Counted from the first letter of the stretch, positions 55,081 to 63,809 are shown. The stretch: DNA of 64,000 nucleotides from an uncultured bacterium (GCA_903839725.1 CAIMDG010000002.1:135739-199738), one strand, 5' to 3'. The notes: generated from the sequence alone by a model not told the origin. Numbers and translations: made by a program.

Positions 55081-55326
55081 ATGGCACGAATCTGCGCAAT
55101 AACTAAAAAAGGATCAGTCGTCGGAGGACGATATTCGAACCGCACACGTGCGACTCAGTTCAATCCGTGCGGCAAAGTTCGCCGTCACCCAAATCTTCAG
55201 AAAAAGAAGATCTATGTTCCTGAACTCAAAAAGTCAGTGTCAGTTACTATTTCTGCACGTGGTCTTCGTACTCTCCAGAAGAATGGAGCGTATGTCACAT
55301 TGAAGAAAGCTGGTTTGATTGCATAA
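55081..55326 (+). CDS. rpmB: 50S ribosomal protein L28
   Basis: MARICAITKKGSVVGGRYSNRTRATQFNPCGKVRRHPNLQKKKIYVPELKKSVSVTISARGLRTLQK matches the L28 pattern. Confidence 0.8.
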   Translation: MARICAITKKGSVVGGRYSNRTRATQFNPCGKVRRHPNLQKKKIYVPELKKSVSVTISARGLRTLQKNGAYVTLKKAGLIA

Positions 55327-55353
55327 ATACACCCAACAATCTCTTACACGAAT

Positions 55354-55372
55354 GAGCCATTGGCTCTTTTTT
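55354..55372. terminator. Terminator after rpmB
   Basis: gagccattggctc followed by tttttt. Confidence 0.55.
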
Positions 55373-55397
55373 GTTATACGAGAATGAGTTACCACTT

Positions 55398-56351
55398 TTA
55401 TTGAATAGAAATAGTTTTTCCATCAGAAATTATTTTAACAGTCCCCTTTTCTTGAATATTGAATCTATTTTCAATAAGTATAGTTGCCAGAGGATCTTCC
55501 AACTTTTTTGTTGTAGCAGTTACCGCAGTCTTGTGTGTCTGATTCCCTCTCTGTGGCAGAATTTTTTTGTTTGAACTGGAAGAATCTGATTTTGATACAG
55601 CTTTTGAAAAAACAAAGTACTGTGGTCGCACAGCATCAATACATTGAGCAGACATATTAGACGTGGAACCGTTATTCGAAACAACGAGTACATCTGAATG
55701 GTTCAATGCCCCCTTAGTGACAAGGTATTTTTGAATCTTTGTTGATACACCACCTACTAACGATATTGTCGTGGATCCAAAAGATATATTCATTACCAAT
55801 TCTGGAGCACTTGCTTTGGAATATTGAAAATCAGTCGTTTGCGCAGGAAATATTACATTTCCACTCACGTGAGCATCAAAATCAATATGGTCGCCGGCAC
55901 CAACTTCTTGAATATCAACTTTCAAGTCATTCAGAGTTTCGATAAAAGTTTCATAGATATGATCTGTTGAACTTGCAATACCCTCACCGTCTAGTGTAAT
56001 TCGAGGAATATATGCGCGGCCAATGCGATACCGTTTGAGAACATCAATAAGACCTGAGACGTCTTTGCCTTCAGTATGAGTAGCAATCAGTGCATCTATG
56101 CGGCGTGAATAAAAAGGCAAAATCTTGGTCAACTCAGTAACAACTTCAGAATTTGCTCCACCATCAATCAGTATCCGTATATCTTCTGGTGTACGTATAA
56201 ATAAAGATCGTCCACTTTTCAAAGCGAATATGTACACTTCAAGAATATGTGGGCGATGATTCTCTTTCCATGCATATGCACCTACACCAGAAAGAGCGAG
56301 TGTTGCCGCAGCTCCAATAATGAAAGGTTTCGCTAATATGTATTTGTTCAT
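55398..56351 (-). CDS. Secreted or membrane-anchored metallo-beta-lactamase-like protein resembling the ComEC C-terminal nuclease domain (degenerate HxHxDH)
   Basis: The ATG at 56351 gives the signal/anchor MNKYILAKPFIIGAAATLALSGVGAYA. Has a ...ILIDGGANSEV...IATHTEGKDVSGLIDVL region. The ORF-track extension MFHWTSVVCRSS derives from the palindrome arm and is discounted. Confidence 0.55.
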   Translation of the reverse strand: MNKYILAKPFIIGAAATLALSGVGAYAWKENHRPHILEVYIFALKSGRSLFIRTPEDIRILIDGGANSEVVTELTKILPFYSRRIDALIATHTEGKDVSGLIDVLKRYRIGRAYIPRITLDGEGIASSTDHIYETFIETLNDLKVDIQEVGAGDHIDFDAHVSGNVIFPAQTTDFQYSKASAPELVMNISFGSTTISLVGGVSTKIQKYLVTKGALNHSDVLVVSNNGSTSNMSAQCIDAVRPQYFVFSKAVSKSDSSSSNKKILPQRGNQTHKTAVTATTKKLEDPLATILIENRFNIQEKGTVKIISDGKTISIQ

Positions 56352-56374
56352 ATACAGAAGCGTACATGAGTGAA

Positions 56375-56417
56375 ATGAAGATTCTGTGAAAAAGGAATCA
56401 ATTCCTGATGAAGATTT
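56375..56417 (-). promoter_or_regulatory. Direct repeats ATGAAGATTCT ... ATGAAGATTTT (32 nt apart), 23 nt upstream of the metallo-beta-lactamase-like gene start
   Basis: The same pair (atgaagattct N22 atgaagatttt with gaatcaa between) occurs at 58744-58787 upstream of comEC. Confidence 0.6.
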
Positions 56418-56422
56418 TATAA

Positions 56423-56556
56423 GTGAAGACCGGCACACAACACTAGTCCAATGAAACATCCGTTATGTTCTAATGTAAGTGCCTGAAGTACACTATTGAA
56501 AAAAGATATCCCGCTGGGAATTGTTTCATCGGACTAGTGTGATATGCCGGTCTTAC
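56423..56556. repeat. Long-palindrome element (full-core type) between divergent genes (metallo-beta-lactamase-like protein and sodA); 35 bp arms with 5 mismatches
   Basis: Arms gtgaagaccggcacacaacactagtccaatgaaaca and tgtttcatcggactagtgtgatatgccggtcttac. Core aacatccgttatgttctaatgtaagtgcctgaagtacactattgaaaaaagatatcccgctgggaat. Confidence 0.85.
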
Positions 56557-56629
56557 AAATACTTACAACCCCAACAAAATTCAACGAAATATCATATAAT
56601 GAACAGACCTTATAAACTAACAAACTACT

Positions 56630-57229
56630 ATGAAATCATTCACTGCAAAAACATTCACCATTCCCGCACTCAAAGGTATTTCAGCAAAAACTATCGAAGA
56701 GCACCTCAAGCTATATAACGGCTATGTAAATAACGCGAACGCCATTGTTGAAAAGATGCATGAATATAAAAAAGATCGCGAAACACATGCATACGCGCTC
56801 AGTGAATTACGTCGCCGTCTCAGTTTTGAATACAATGGCATACGCAACCATGAAGTGTATTTTTCTGCACTTGAAGGTGGACCAAAAGCATTCAACTACG
56901 ATGGCTCACTCAAAAAAGCTATTGAAGAAGATTGTGGACCAATCGAAGAATTCCTCATGGGGTTCAAAGCGATGGCAGCAAGCACACGTGGTATCGGCTG
57001 GGCTGCTCTCTGGTATGACCCACGAGACAATCGCCTTCTTGCATCATGGATCGATGAACAGCATATTGGTGAACTTAATGGATGCACGATGATTCTCGGA
57101 ATCGATATGTGGGAACACTCATATGTTGCTGACTATCAACCTTCAGGCAAGAAACAATACGTTGAAGATTTCTTCGCAAACCTCAACTGGGAGGTTATAG
57201 AAAATAATTTCGCACAAGCTTCAAAATAA
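56630..57229 (+). CDS. sodA: Fe/Mn superoxide dismutase
   Basis: ...EEHLKLYNGYVNNAN... FEYNGIRNHEVYF ... GIDMWEHSYVADYQ are canonical SOD metal-ligand regions. Confidence 0.85.
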   Translation: MKSFTAKTFTIPALKGISAKTIEEHLKLYNGYVNNANAIVEKMHEYKKDRETHAYALSELRRRLSFEYNGIRNHEVYFSALEGGPKAFNYDGSLKKAIEEDCGPIEEFLMGFKAMAASTRGIGWAALWYDPRDNRLLASWIDEQHIGELNGCTMILGIDMWEHSYVADYQPSGKKQYVEDFFANLNWEVIENNFAQASK

Positions 57230-57253
57230 CGTGTGCTTCTAGTACGAAATAAT

Positions 57254-57281
57254 AAAAAAGAGTAGGTACCTACTCTTTTTT
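57254..57281. terminator. Bidirectional terminator between sodA (+) and comEC (-)
   Basis: aaaaaagagtaggtacctactctttttt, a perfect 9 bp palindrome with A/T runs. Confidence 0.75.
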
Positions 57282-58721
57282 GTATCGCTTGATACACACG
57301 TATACAACTGTAAATAACACATAAAAACAAACAACCCACCATCCAGAAAATGCGGGTACGTGTGCAGATGCAAAAGGTACTCGAGCAAAATTTCTGACCA
57401 TCAATAATTCATATGAAAGTAATAGGTGTGAAACCCATCCAAACAAATGTGCTAATGGCATCCAAATGAAACCACTCGCTCCGGTTAGAAAAACGAATAG
57501 CATTGTCACGGGAATAAAAGGAAGCACGAGAATATTCACGACCATTCCAATAATAGAAATTTGCCCCATCATATAAAGAATGTATGGTGAAACAAATATT
57601 TGTGTGGCAATGGTAGAGGCAACGATACCGCGCATACCAAACTTTTCTGGAATAAATCCAAGCTTACCTTCAATAGGAGATGCCAGAAGAATAAGCCCGA
57701 GTGTTGCTAAAAATGAAAGTTGGAATGAAGGGTCGTGCAATAAGATCATCGGGTTTTGTATGAGCATGAGAAGAGCTGCAAAGATGAGTGCACGCGAAAC
57801 ATTGTATTCACGACGAATCAAATCAGCGGATAATGCAACACTCGCCATGAAGCACGAACGAACAACGGTTGCTCCACCACCAACGAGTACACCAAATAAG
57901 GCAATGCCAATACCTCCTACACTGATACCCCACACCCGTGGCAAGAATGAAAGAATACGCCGAAGAGCATCGCCAACCACCGTAATATTATATCCAGATA
58001 AAACCACAATATGGATCAAACCAACTGTACGAAAATCATCAAGTAAATCTTTTCCCAGTGCCGCTTTTTCACCAACAACCAAACCTGATGCAAGTGCAGC
58101 ATGCGGTTCCCCGAGAGCTTGTTCGAGATTTGATACAAACCCCTTTTTGAGGGTAAACAGCACCGATGAGACAGTATCAGAAATACCTTGAATAGAAAAC
58201 ACCGTGAAAGCTCTCTGTGAAGAGCTTTCACGGCTGTCTTTATATACAACTGTATCAATTTCTACCTCAGCACTCTTCATTTCATAAAACACACCATCCT
58301 TCGCAAGATACCCTTTATAATCAAATGAACGCCCTCCTCCACTCGAGAAATTAAATGGTTTGTTTATTTTTCCCACAAATGAAACGTGTTCTCCAAATGA
58401 AAATTGTGGATACAATTTTGTTTTTACACGAATCGATACATTACCTCCACATGCGACCATATTGTTTTGCTCAGCAAGCATAGAACTGCGCGCAGATGGT
58501 TTTGTTGATGAACTATTCACTATAAATATGCTCTCAGCATCAACCACAAATACCTGACCAGAATCTTTGCGCTCTGGTTCACCAGTAACAATTCCAAAAC
58601 CTTGTACTTCATGCTTCAAACACGCGGAAATAGGAGGTGCGTTATATTGCAACGAAGTGAATACACGAAATAATGCAGCACCAATAAACAAAGACCAAAA
58701 TATATAGACTCCTTTACTCAT
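57270..58721 (-). CDS. comEC: ComEC/Rec2-like DNA-uptake channel protein lacking the C-terminal metallo-beta-lactamase domain
   Basis: 483 aa. An N-terminal TM helix and OB-like region, then a polytopic competence domain (…GLIHIVVLSGYNITVV…). It ends in a TM helix with no beta-lactamase-like domain. Confidence 0.65.
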   Translation of the reverse strand: MSKGVYIFWSLFIGAALFRVFTSLQYNAPPISACLKHEVQGFGIVTGEPERKDSGQVFVVDAESIFIVNSSSTKPSARSSMLAEQNNMVACGGNVSIRVKTKLYPQFSFGEHVSFVGKINKPFNFSSGGGRSFDYKGYLAKDGVFYEMKSAEVEIDTVVYKDSRESSSQRAFTVFSIQGISDTVSSVLFTLKKGFVSNLEQALGEPHAALASGLVVGEKAALGKDLLDDFRTVGLIHIVVLSGYNITVVGDALRRILSFLPRVWGISVGGIGIALFGVLVGGGATVVRSCFMASVALSADLIRREYNVSRALIFAALLMLIQNPMILLHDPSFQLSFLATLGLILLASPIEGKLGFIPEKFGMRGIVASTIATQIFVSPYILYMMGQISIIGMVVNILVLPFIPVTMLFVFLTGASGFIWMPLAHLFGWVSHLLLSYELLMVRNFARVPFASAHVPAFSGWWVVCFYVLFTVVYVCIKRYKKE

Positions 58722-58743
58722 AGGAGCAGTTTAATACTGTGCG

Positions 58744-58787
58744 ATGAAGATTCTATGAAATTTGAATCAAAATAGAATGAAGATTTT
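58744..58787 (-). promoter_or_regulatory. Direct repeats ATGAAGATTCT ... ATGAAGATTTT upstream of comEC
   Basis: See 56375-56417. This is a conserved roughly 45 nt block shared by the two promoter regions. Confidence 0.6.
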
Positions 58788-58795
58788 AGATGCGC

Positions 58796-58930
58796 CCCAA
58801 GCAGCCGCACACATAGTATCCTGCCAAAACATCCGTAACGTTCTAATATAAGGGCCTAAAGTACAATATTAAAAGACGATATCCCGCTGGGAATTGTTTC
58901 GTCAGGATACTATGTGTGCGGCTGCTTGGG
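58796..58930. repeat. Long-palindrome element (full-core type); 28 bp perfect arms
   Basis: Arms cccaagcagccgcacacatagtatcctg and caggatactatgtgtgcggctgcttggg. Core ccaaaacatccgtaacgttctaatataagggcctaaagtacaatattaaaagacgatatcccgctgggaattgtttcgt. Confidence 0.9.
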
Positions 58931-58937
58931 TAACCAA

Positions 58938-59669
58938 TTATAGAAGTTGTTCAAACTCTTCAATCACTTTTTGTTCATCTACGATATCGAGAGATTTCTT
59001 GTATCGAGCACCCTTTACACCTTTGACGCGCTTCTCACATTCAGCCCAACTATGATCAACGTGAATAGCACCACCAACAGAACTGATATATGAAAATGCT
59101 TTTGCGTTTGAACGAGATGAACTCGACTTTTTTGTTTTCATGGCAACACTATCGTGTGAAACATCGAGAATATTCGGAAGATCATAGCGAGACAATGGAC
59201 CAGAATAAAGTTTCGTCGCACCATTATCGGCGAAATCCGTAGCAATGTGATCACAACGCTCATTTCCAATAATACCAACGTGTCCACCAACATATTCCCA
59301 TTTCACAGAACGATCTTTGACTGCAGCATCTAGTTTCATCCAAAGATCTTTATTGACCACATCATCTTTTGTTTTTGTGATCCAACCATTATTTTTCCAA
59401 CCTTTGATCCATAAAGTAATTCCATTGATCAGATACTTTGAGTCTGTAAACACAGTAATACCTGAATGTTTTGGTGTATGCAAAATTCCCTCAGTAGCCG
59501 CCATAAGTTCCATTCTATTGTTTGTTGTGTGCTTCTCTGCACTACCAAGTTCGGTCACCGTATCGCTCGTAACGACGACACTACCCCAACCACCTGGACC
59601 AGGATTTCCACGAGACGAACCATCAGTAAAAATTGTTATTGAATTCATAGGATGATTATACCACTTCAA
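58938..59669 (-). CDS. rnhA: Ribonuclease HI with a C-terminal extension
   Basis: ITIFTDGSSRGNPGPGGWG...TNNRMELMAA...VFTDSKYLING...GHVGIIGNERCD are RNase H1 catalytic-residue contexts (D, E, D, D). Overlaps the recJ 3' end by 14 nt. Confidence 0.8.
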   Translation of the reverse strand: MKWYNHPMNSITIFTDGSSRGNPGPGGWGSVVVTSDTVTELGSAEKHTTNNRMELMAATEGILHTPKHSGITVFTDSKYLINGITLWIKGWKNNGWITKTKDDVVNKDLWMKLDAAVKDRSVKWEYVGGHVGIIGNERCDHIATDFADNGATKLYSGPLSRYDLPNILDVSHDSVAMKTKKSSSSRSNAKAFSYISSVGGAIHVDHSWAECEKRVKGVKGARYKKSLDIVDEQKVIEEFEQLL

Positions 59670-61413
59670 TTACTCTCAGCCTCAATTCTGGTCTTCCTCG
59701 AAACATAGACTTTTCAACTGAAGCAATTAAATTTATTTTTGTATTCGCTTTGAGATTCTTGGCCCATTCAGTAGGAGCGGCAAAAAATGCAATTGCAGGA
59801 ATCTTTGCTCCACTTTTTTTCTTAAATATAATCTCCACGTGATTATTTGTTTTACCAAATATACGTACCGAATCAGCGACAATATTCTTGAACAAAAATA
59901 CTGGTCGAGGATTGCCGACACCAAATGGGGCTAGTTTCGAAATATCATCAAACAAACTCCACATCACGTCCTCAATTGATAATTCTTTATCAATAATAAT
60001 CTGACCGATTTCTTCAGCTTCTTTAACATTTTCTGCATTTGTTTGATTTAAGATTTGAGATTTTATATTTGAGATTTTCTTCGCACTTTCATTCAGGCGA
60101 CTATCTAGAAAGTGAATAGCATCATTCCCAACAGCAAACCCTCCTGAATGATGATGTCCTCCAAATTGTAAGAATGTTCCTTCAAGAGCTCCTTTCATAA
60201 TCTCAACAACATTCGAAGTACCTTCAGAACGACATGATCCTTTGATCACATCTCCACCATCTCGTCCCCAAAGGAATACCGGACGCTTAAATTCTTCAGC
60301 ACATGAATTTGCAGCGAGACCAAGGAGGGATGGTCGCCATTCGGGATTACCGAGGACGATCGCGTGAGGGATGACGTCACCGTGACGTTCATGCACTTTC
60401 TTTTTCACATCTTTAACAAGAGCAGCAACCATACCTTTTCGCTCATTATTTATTTCATCGAGATGGTCAGCAAAAAACTTCGCATCTTCTTCTGTTTGTG
60501 CAGAGAGCAGCTTGAACGCATCCATAGGAACCCCCATACGAGATGCGGCATTGATGCGTGGAGAAATCATAAAACCAATATCATCTTCGGTAATATATTT
60601 CTGTGGAATCTTTAATTTTGCCAGTAATCGCACCAAACCAAGACGCTGACTTTTTCGTAATACATTCAAGCCGTATTGTGCGAGCACTCTATTCTCGCCA
60701 ATGAGAGGTACCATATCTGAGAGTGTTGCCATGCCAACGAGATCAAGGAGCCATTTCTCCATCCCCTCTTTGAGACCGAAGCGTTCGATCTTCAGAATTG
60801 CTTGAATGAGTTTGAAAGCTACACCAGATCCGCAGAGAAATTTGTCTGGGTACATACAATCAACCTGTTTATGATCAACAATCGCATATGCAGGAGGTAC
60901 GTGTGCAGGAGCTTCATGGTGATCAGTTATGATAACTTCAAGGCCTTTTGAGTTGGCGTGCGCGACGGGTACTACATCTGAAATACCACAATCAACCGTT
61001 ACTATCAGTTTCACACCTTGTGAAACGAGTTCATTAACCGCTTCAACATTCAAACCAAAGCCTTCATCGTGGCGGTGTGGAATGTAAATAATAAAGTTCT
61101 TGAATGAAATGCGGACAAAAAAATCATTCCATATTACAGCACCAGGAATACCATCAGCGTCATAGTCTGCATATATAGCAATCTTCTCATCACTCTTGAT
61201 TGCTTGAATGATACGGCGTGCGGCCTTCTCTGCATCTTTTAATAGAAATGGATCATGTATGTCTCGATCATAGCTCGGGGTCAAAAATGTGTCAGCGGAA
61301 ACAGCATCAGTTATTCCGCGATGAAATAATAAATGTGAAACAAGGTCAGAACTGAGACCGAGTGCATTTTTTTCTTCAACAGATAATGGTTTTCGTACTG
61401 AATATGCAGGCAT
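59656..61413 (-). CDS. recJ: Single-stranded-DNA-specific exonuclease RecJ (DHH/DHHA1)
   Basis: ...IYADYDADGIPGA..., ...ITDHHE... (DHH motif), and a C-terminal OB-like region. The start is taken at the internal ATG 61413, because the longer ORF-track N-terminus is encoded by the palindrome element. Confidence 0.85.
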   Translation of the reverse strand: MPAYSVRKPLSVEEKNALGLSSDLVSHLLFHRGITDAVSADTFLTPSYDRDIHDPFLLKDAEKAARRIIQAIKSDEKIAIYADYDADGIPGAVIWNDFFVRISFKNFIIYIPHRHDEGFGLNVEAVNELVSQGVKLIVTVDCGISDVVPVAHANSKGLEVIITDHHEAPAHVPPAYAIVDHKQVDCMYPDKFLCGSGVAFKLIQAILKIERFGLKEGMEKWLLDLVGMATLSDMVPLIGENRVLAQYGLNVLRKSQRLGLVRLLAKLKIPQKYITEDDIGFMISPRINAASRMGVPMDAFKLLSAQTEEDAKFFADHLDEINNERKGMVAALVKDVKKKVHERHGDVIPHAIVLGNPEWRPSLLGLAANSCAEEFKRPVFLWGRDGGDVIKGSCRSEGTSNVVEIMKGALEGTFLQFGGHHHSGGFAVGNDAIHFLDSRLNESAKKISNIKSQILNQTNAENVKEAEEIGQIIIDKELSIEDVMWSLFDDISKLAPFGVGNPRPVFLFKNIVADSVRIFGKTNNHVEIIFKKKSGAKIPAIAFFAAPTEWAKNLKANTKINLIASVEKSMFRGRPELRLRVIEVV

Positions 61414-61434
61414 CGTTGAAGTATACCAGATGAA

Positions 61435-61561
61435 AAAGAAGTTCCCACAACAAGCCTGACGAAACAATTCCCAGCGGGATATCGTCTCATTACTTAATAC
61501 TTCAGGCACTAATAAGAGGACGTCACAGATGTTTCGTCAGGCTTGTTGTGGGAACTTCTTG
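61435..61561. repeat. Long-palindrome element (full-core type, reverse orientation) between divergent recJ and the DnaA-domain-IV-like gene; 32 bp perfect arms
   Basis: Arms aagaagttcccacaacaagcctgacgaaaca and tgtttcgtcaggcttgttgtgggaacttctt. Core attcccagcgggatatcgtctcattacttaatacttcaggcactaataagaggacgtcacaga. Confidence 0.9.
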
Positions 61562-61631
61562 AAGATTACTAGATTTGACACAATCTATTTACAATGGTAT
61601 TTTCAAATAAACACTTTTACAAAGGATTTAT

Positions 61632-62066
61632 ATGGATATACATAGACGACTTAGACTATTGGAGCACAAAGTTCGCTTTCTCGAATCATTGATGCTACCA
61701 AGAACAAACATCAAACGCACAATCACCCGCAACAGTCCCGAGCCTTTCGAAATCATACTCAATATCGTTTCAAGAATATGTGACGTCGAAAGGAAACGTA
61801 TTCTGAAGAAAGGTCGCGGCAAACAAGATGCATCATGGGCACGACAGTTGATTATGTATTTTTGCATGGAATATAAACTTGGTTCGAGCAATTATATCGC
61901 CGAATGCCTCAATCGAGATGATCACACAACTGTTTTGCATGGCAATAAACAAGTTAAGGCTATTGCGTCGCTACCCGGCAAAGACAAAGATCAATTCGAA
62001 GCATGCAAACTGGAAATTGATACGGCCTTCAACCAAAGAGCTGGCATGCTGGTTGTCGCATCGTAA
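61632..62066 (+). CDS. Small HTH protein resembling DnaA C-terminal domain IV
   Basis: ARQLIMYFCMEYKLGSSNYIAECLNRDDHTTVLHGNKQVK matches the DnaA domain IV pattern A(R)QIAMYLxxELT..S...IG..FGGRDHTTV(L/I)HA. Confidence 0.55.
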   Translation: MDIHRRLRLLEHKVRFLESLMLPRTNIKRTITRNSPEPFEIILNIVSRICDVERKRILKKGRGKQDASWARQLIMYFCMEYKLGSSNYIAECLNRDDHTTVLHGNKQVKAIASLPGKDKDQFEACKLEIDTAFNQRAGMLVVAS

Positions 62067-62079
62067 TGGCAACACTCTC

Positions 62080-62103
62080 GGCCCGACACGCATGTGTCGG
62101 GCC
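62080..62103 (+). terminator. Hairpin terminator after the DnaA-domain-IV-like gene
   Basis: ggcccgacac gcat gtgtcgggcc (10 bp perfect stem) followed by tttaa. Confidence 0.6.
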
Positions 62104-62143
62104 TTTAACTTACACACAACAATATATTTGATATACTATTCTT

Positions 62144-62503
62144 ATGAATACCTGCATCTTCTGTAAAATAGTTTCCAAAGAAATTCCCGCGCATGTTGTG
62201 TATGAAGATACTGACTTCTTGGCCTTTCTCGATATACACCCTCAGTCCCCTGGTCATGTTCAGGTTATACCCAAGAAACATTACCGCTGGGTATGGGATG
62301 TACCGCAAACCGGTGCATACTTTGAAGTGGTTACCAGAATAGCCCAGGCTCAACGAAAAGCATTCGACACTGATTGGATTCTCAGCAAGACTGTTGGTGA
62401 TGAAGTAGAGCATGCTCACATATGGGTATTTCCAAATTCAAAAGTGAGCGGAGATCGCAATGACTTTGAAACAAATACAAAGAAAATAATTGATAATCTA
62501 TAG
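62144..62503 (+). CDS. HIT family (histidine triad) hydrolase
   Basis: ...[19 protein letters not shown]... and ...[11 protein letters not shown] (HxHxHxx). Confidence 0.8.
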   Translation: MNTCIFCKIVSKEIPAHVVYEDTDFLAFLDIHPQSPGHVQVIPKKHYRWVWDVPQTGAYFEVVTRIAQAQRKAFDTDWILSKTVGDEVEHAHIWVFPNSKVSGDRNDFETNTKKIIDNL

Positions 62504-62529
62504 AAAAAGAGGCTTAAAGCCTCTTTTTT
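62504..62529. terminator. Bidirectional terminator between the HIT gene (+) and pgk (-)
   Basis: aaaaagaggctt aa agcctctttttt. Confidence 0.75.
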
Positions 62530-62649
62530 ATTCGATAATCAAGAACGTTAACAGGAGTAGTCCGACTTTCCAGACCAAAATAAAAAGAATTCCCGCGAAC
62601 GGAAAAAGTATATACATCTGCTTGGGCATTTTCATACGGGCAGAGAATA

Positions 62650-63786
62650 CTAATCTTGTTTAGCAGAAATTTCAAGTGCCTCTACACCCGGTAACGTTCC
62701 ATTCGCGAGAAAATCAAGCATCGCACCTCCACCTGTTGAGATGAATGTAAATTGATCTTGAACTCCTTGTGCAGCAACTGCGGCGAGCGTATCTCCCCCA
62801 CCAATGATAGTGGTTGCACCACGCTTTGTGGCTTCACTGATCAATGTTGCCAATTCTAGTGTTGCACCCTGATATCCATCTTCGTACAAACCGAGTGGAC
62901 CATTCCAAAGAATGCACTTCGCCTGAGAAATAACTTTTTTCAATTCTTCGATAGTTGCCGATCCGGAATCCATAATTTTATCAGTCTTCAAAACTGCATC
63001 AGCTTTCTTGTTTACATGATTCTGATCAACAACATCAACAGGAATCATAAGCTTTGTATTCGCAAGGAAAGAAGTAAAATCGATGTTACCTTTTGAAATG
63101 AGAGAAATTCCAATCTCATACCCTTGTGCCTTGAAAAAATCATTCGCCAATGCCCCACCAACAAAGACCGTATCAGCAATATTCAAAAACTTTTGAAGCA
63201 AAGGAAGTTTTGTCTCAAACTTTGCTCCACCAAGAATAAATAAAAATGGATGTGCAGGATTGAACGCTGTTGAAAGATGTTTTATTTCATTTTGTAACTG
63301 AATGCCCGCATAACTAGGCAAGAATTGAGGAACACCGACGATAGAAGCGTGTTCTCGGTGTGAAACAGAAAATGCATCATTTACATATATGTCGGCAAGC
63401 GAAGCGAGCGCTTTGGTGAATTCACGATCATTGTTCTTCTCCCCCTCTGAAAGACGGAGATTATTCAACAAGACACATGTGCCATTTGCTTGTTTCTCAA
63501 TAGCAGCTTGGGCATTTCTAATATTTTCAACAAAGGTAACTGTCTGACCCAATTTATTCAACGTATCAGCAACTGGCTTCAAAGAATTATTCGAACCATC
63601 ACTTGATTCGAGATGTGCGATCAAGATAACTTTGGCACCTTTGCGTGTCAAAAATTCTATTGTTGGCAATGCTGCTTTGATGCGAAAATCATCAACGACA
63701 ACACCATTCTGAATGGGAACATTGAAATCAACGCGAGTAAGTACTTTCACACCTTCAAGGTAGGTAATATCAGTAAGAGTTTTCAT
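62650..63786 (-). CDS. pgk: Phosphoglycerate kinase
   Basis: 378 aa. ...VLTRVDFNVPI... N-terminal domain and ...IIGGGDTLAAV... nucleotide-binding motif. Confidence 0.93.
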   Translation of the reverse strand: MKTLTDITYLEGVKVLTRVDFNVPIQNGVVVDDFRIKAALPTIEFLTRKGAKVILIAHLESSDGSNNSLKPVADTLNKLGQTVTFVENIRNAQAAIEKQANGTCVLLNNLRLSEGEKNNDREFTKALASLADIYVNDAFSVSHREHASIVGVPQFLPSYAGIQLQNEIKHLSTAFNPAHPFLFILGGAKFETKLPLLQKFLNIADTVFVGGALANDFFKAQGYEIGISLISKGNIDFTSFLANTKLMIPVDVVDQNHVNKKADAVLKTDKIMDSGSATIEELKKVISQAKCILWNGPLGLYEDGYQGATLELATLISEATKRGATTIIGGGDTLAAVAAQGVQDQFTFISTGGGAMLDFLANGTLPGVEALEISAKQD

Positions 63787-63809
63787 GATGGATATTATAG
63801 CAGAAGGAC

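Noticed and set aside
56521-56718. ORF MFHRTSVICRS..., and the N-terminal extensions MFHWTSVVCRSS (55398..56459) and MPEVLSNETISRW... (recJ)
   Set aside because: The N-termini are encoded by the two arms of long palindromes, so near-identical peptides appear on both strands. These are artefacts of inverted-repeat symmetry, and the genes start at downstream ATGs.
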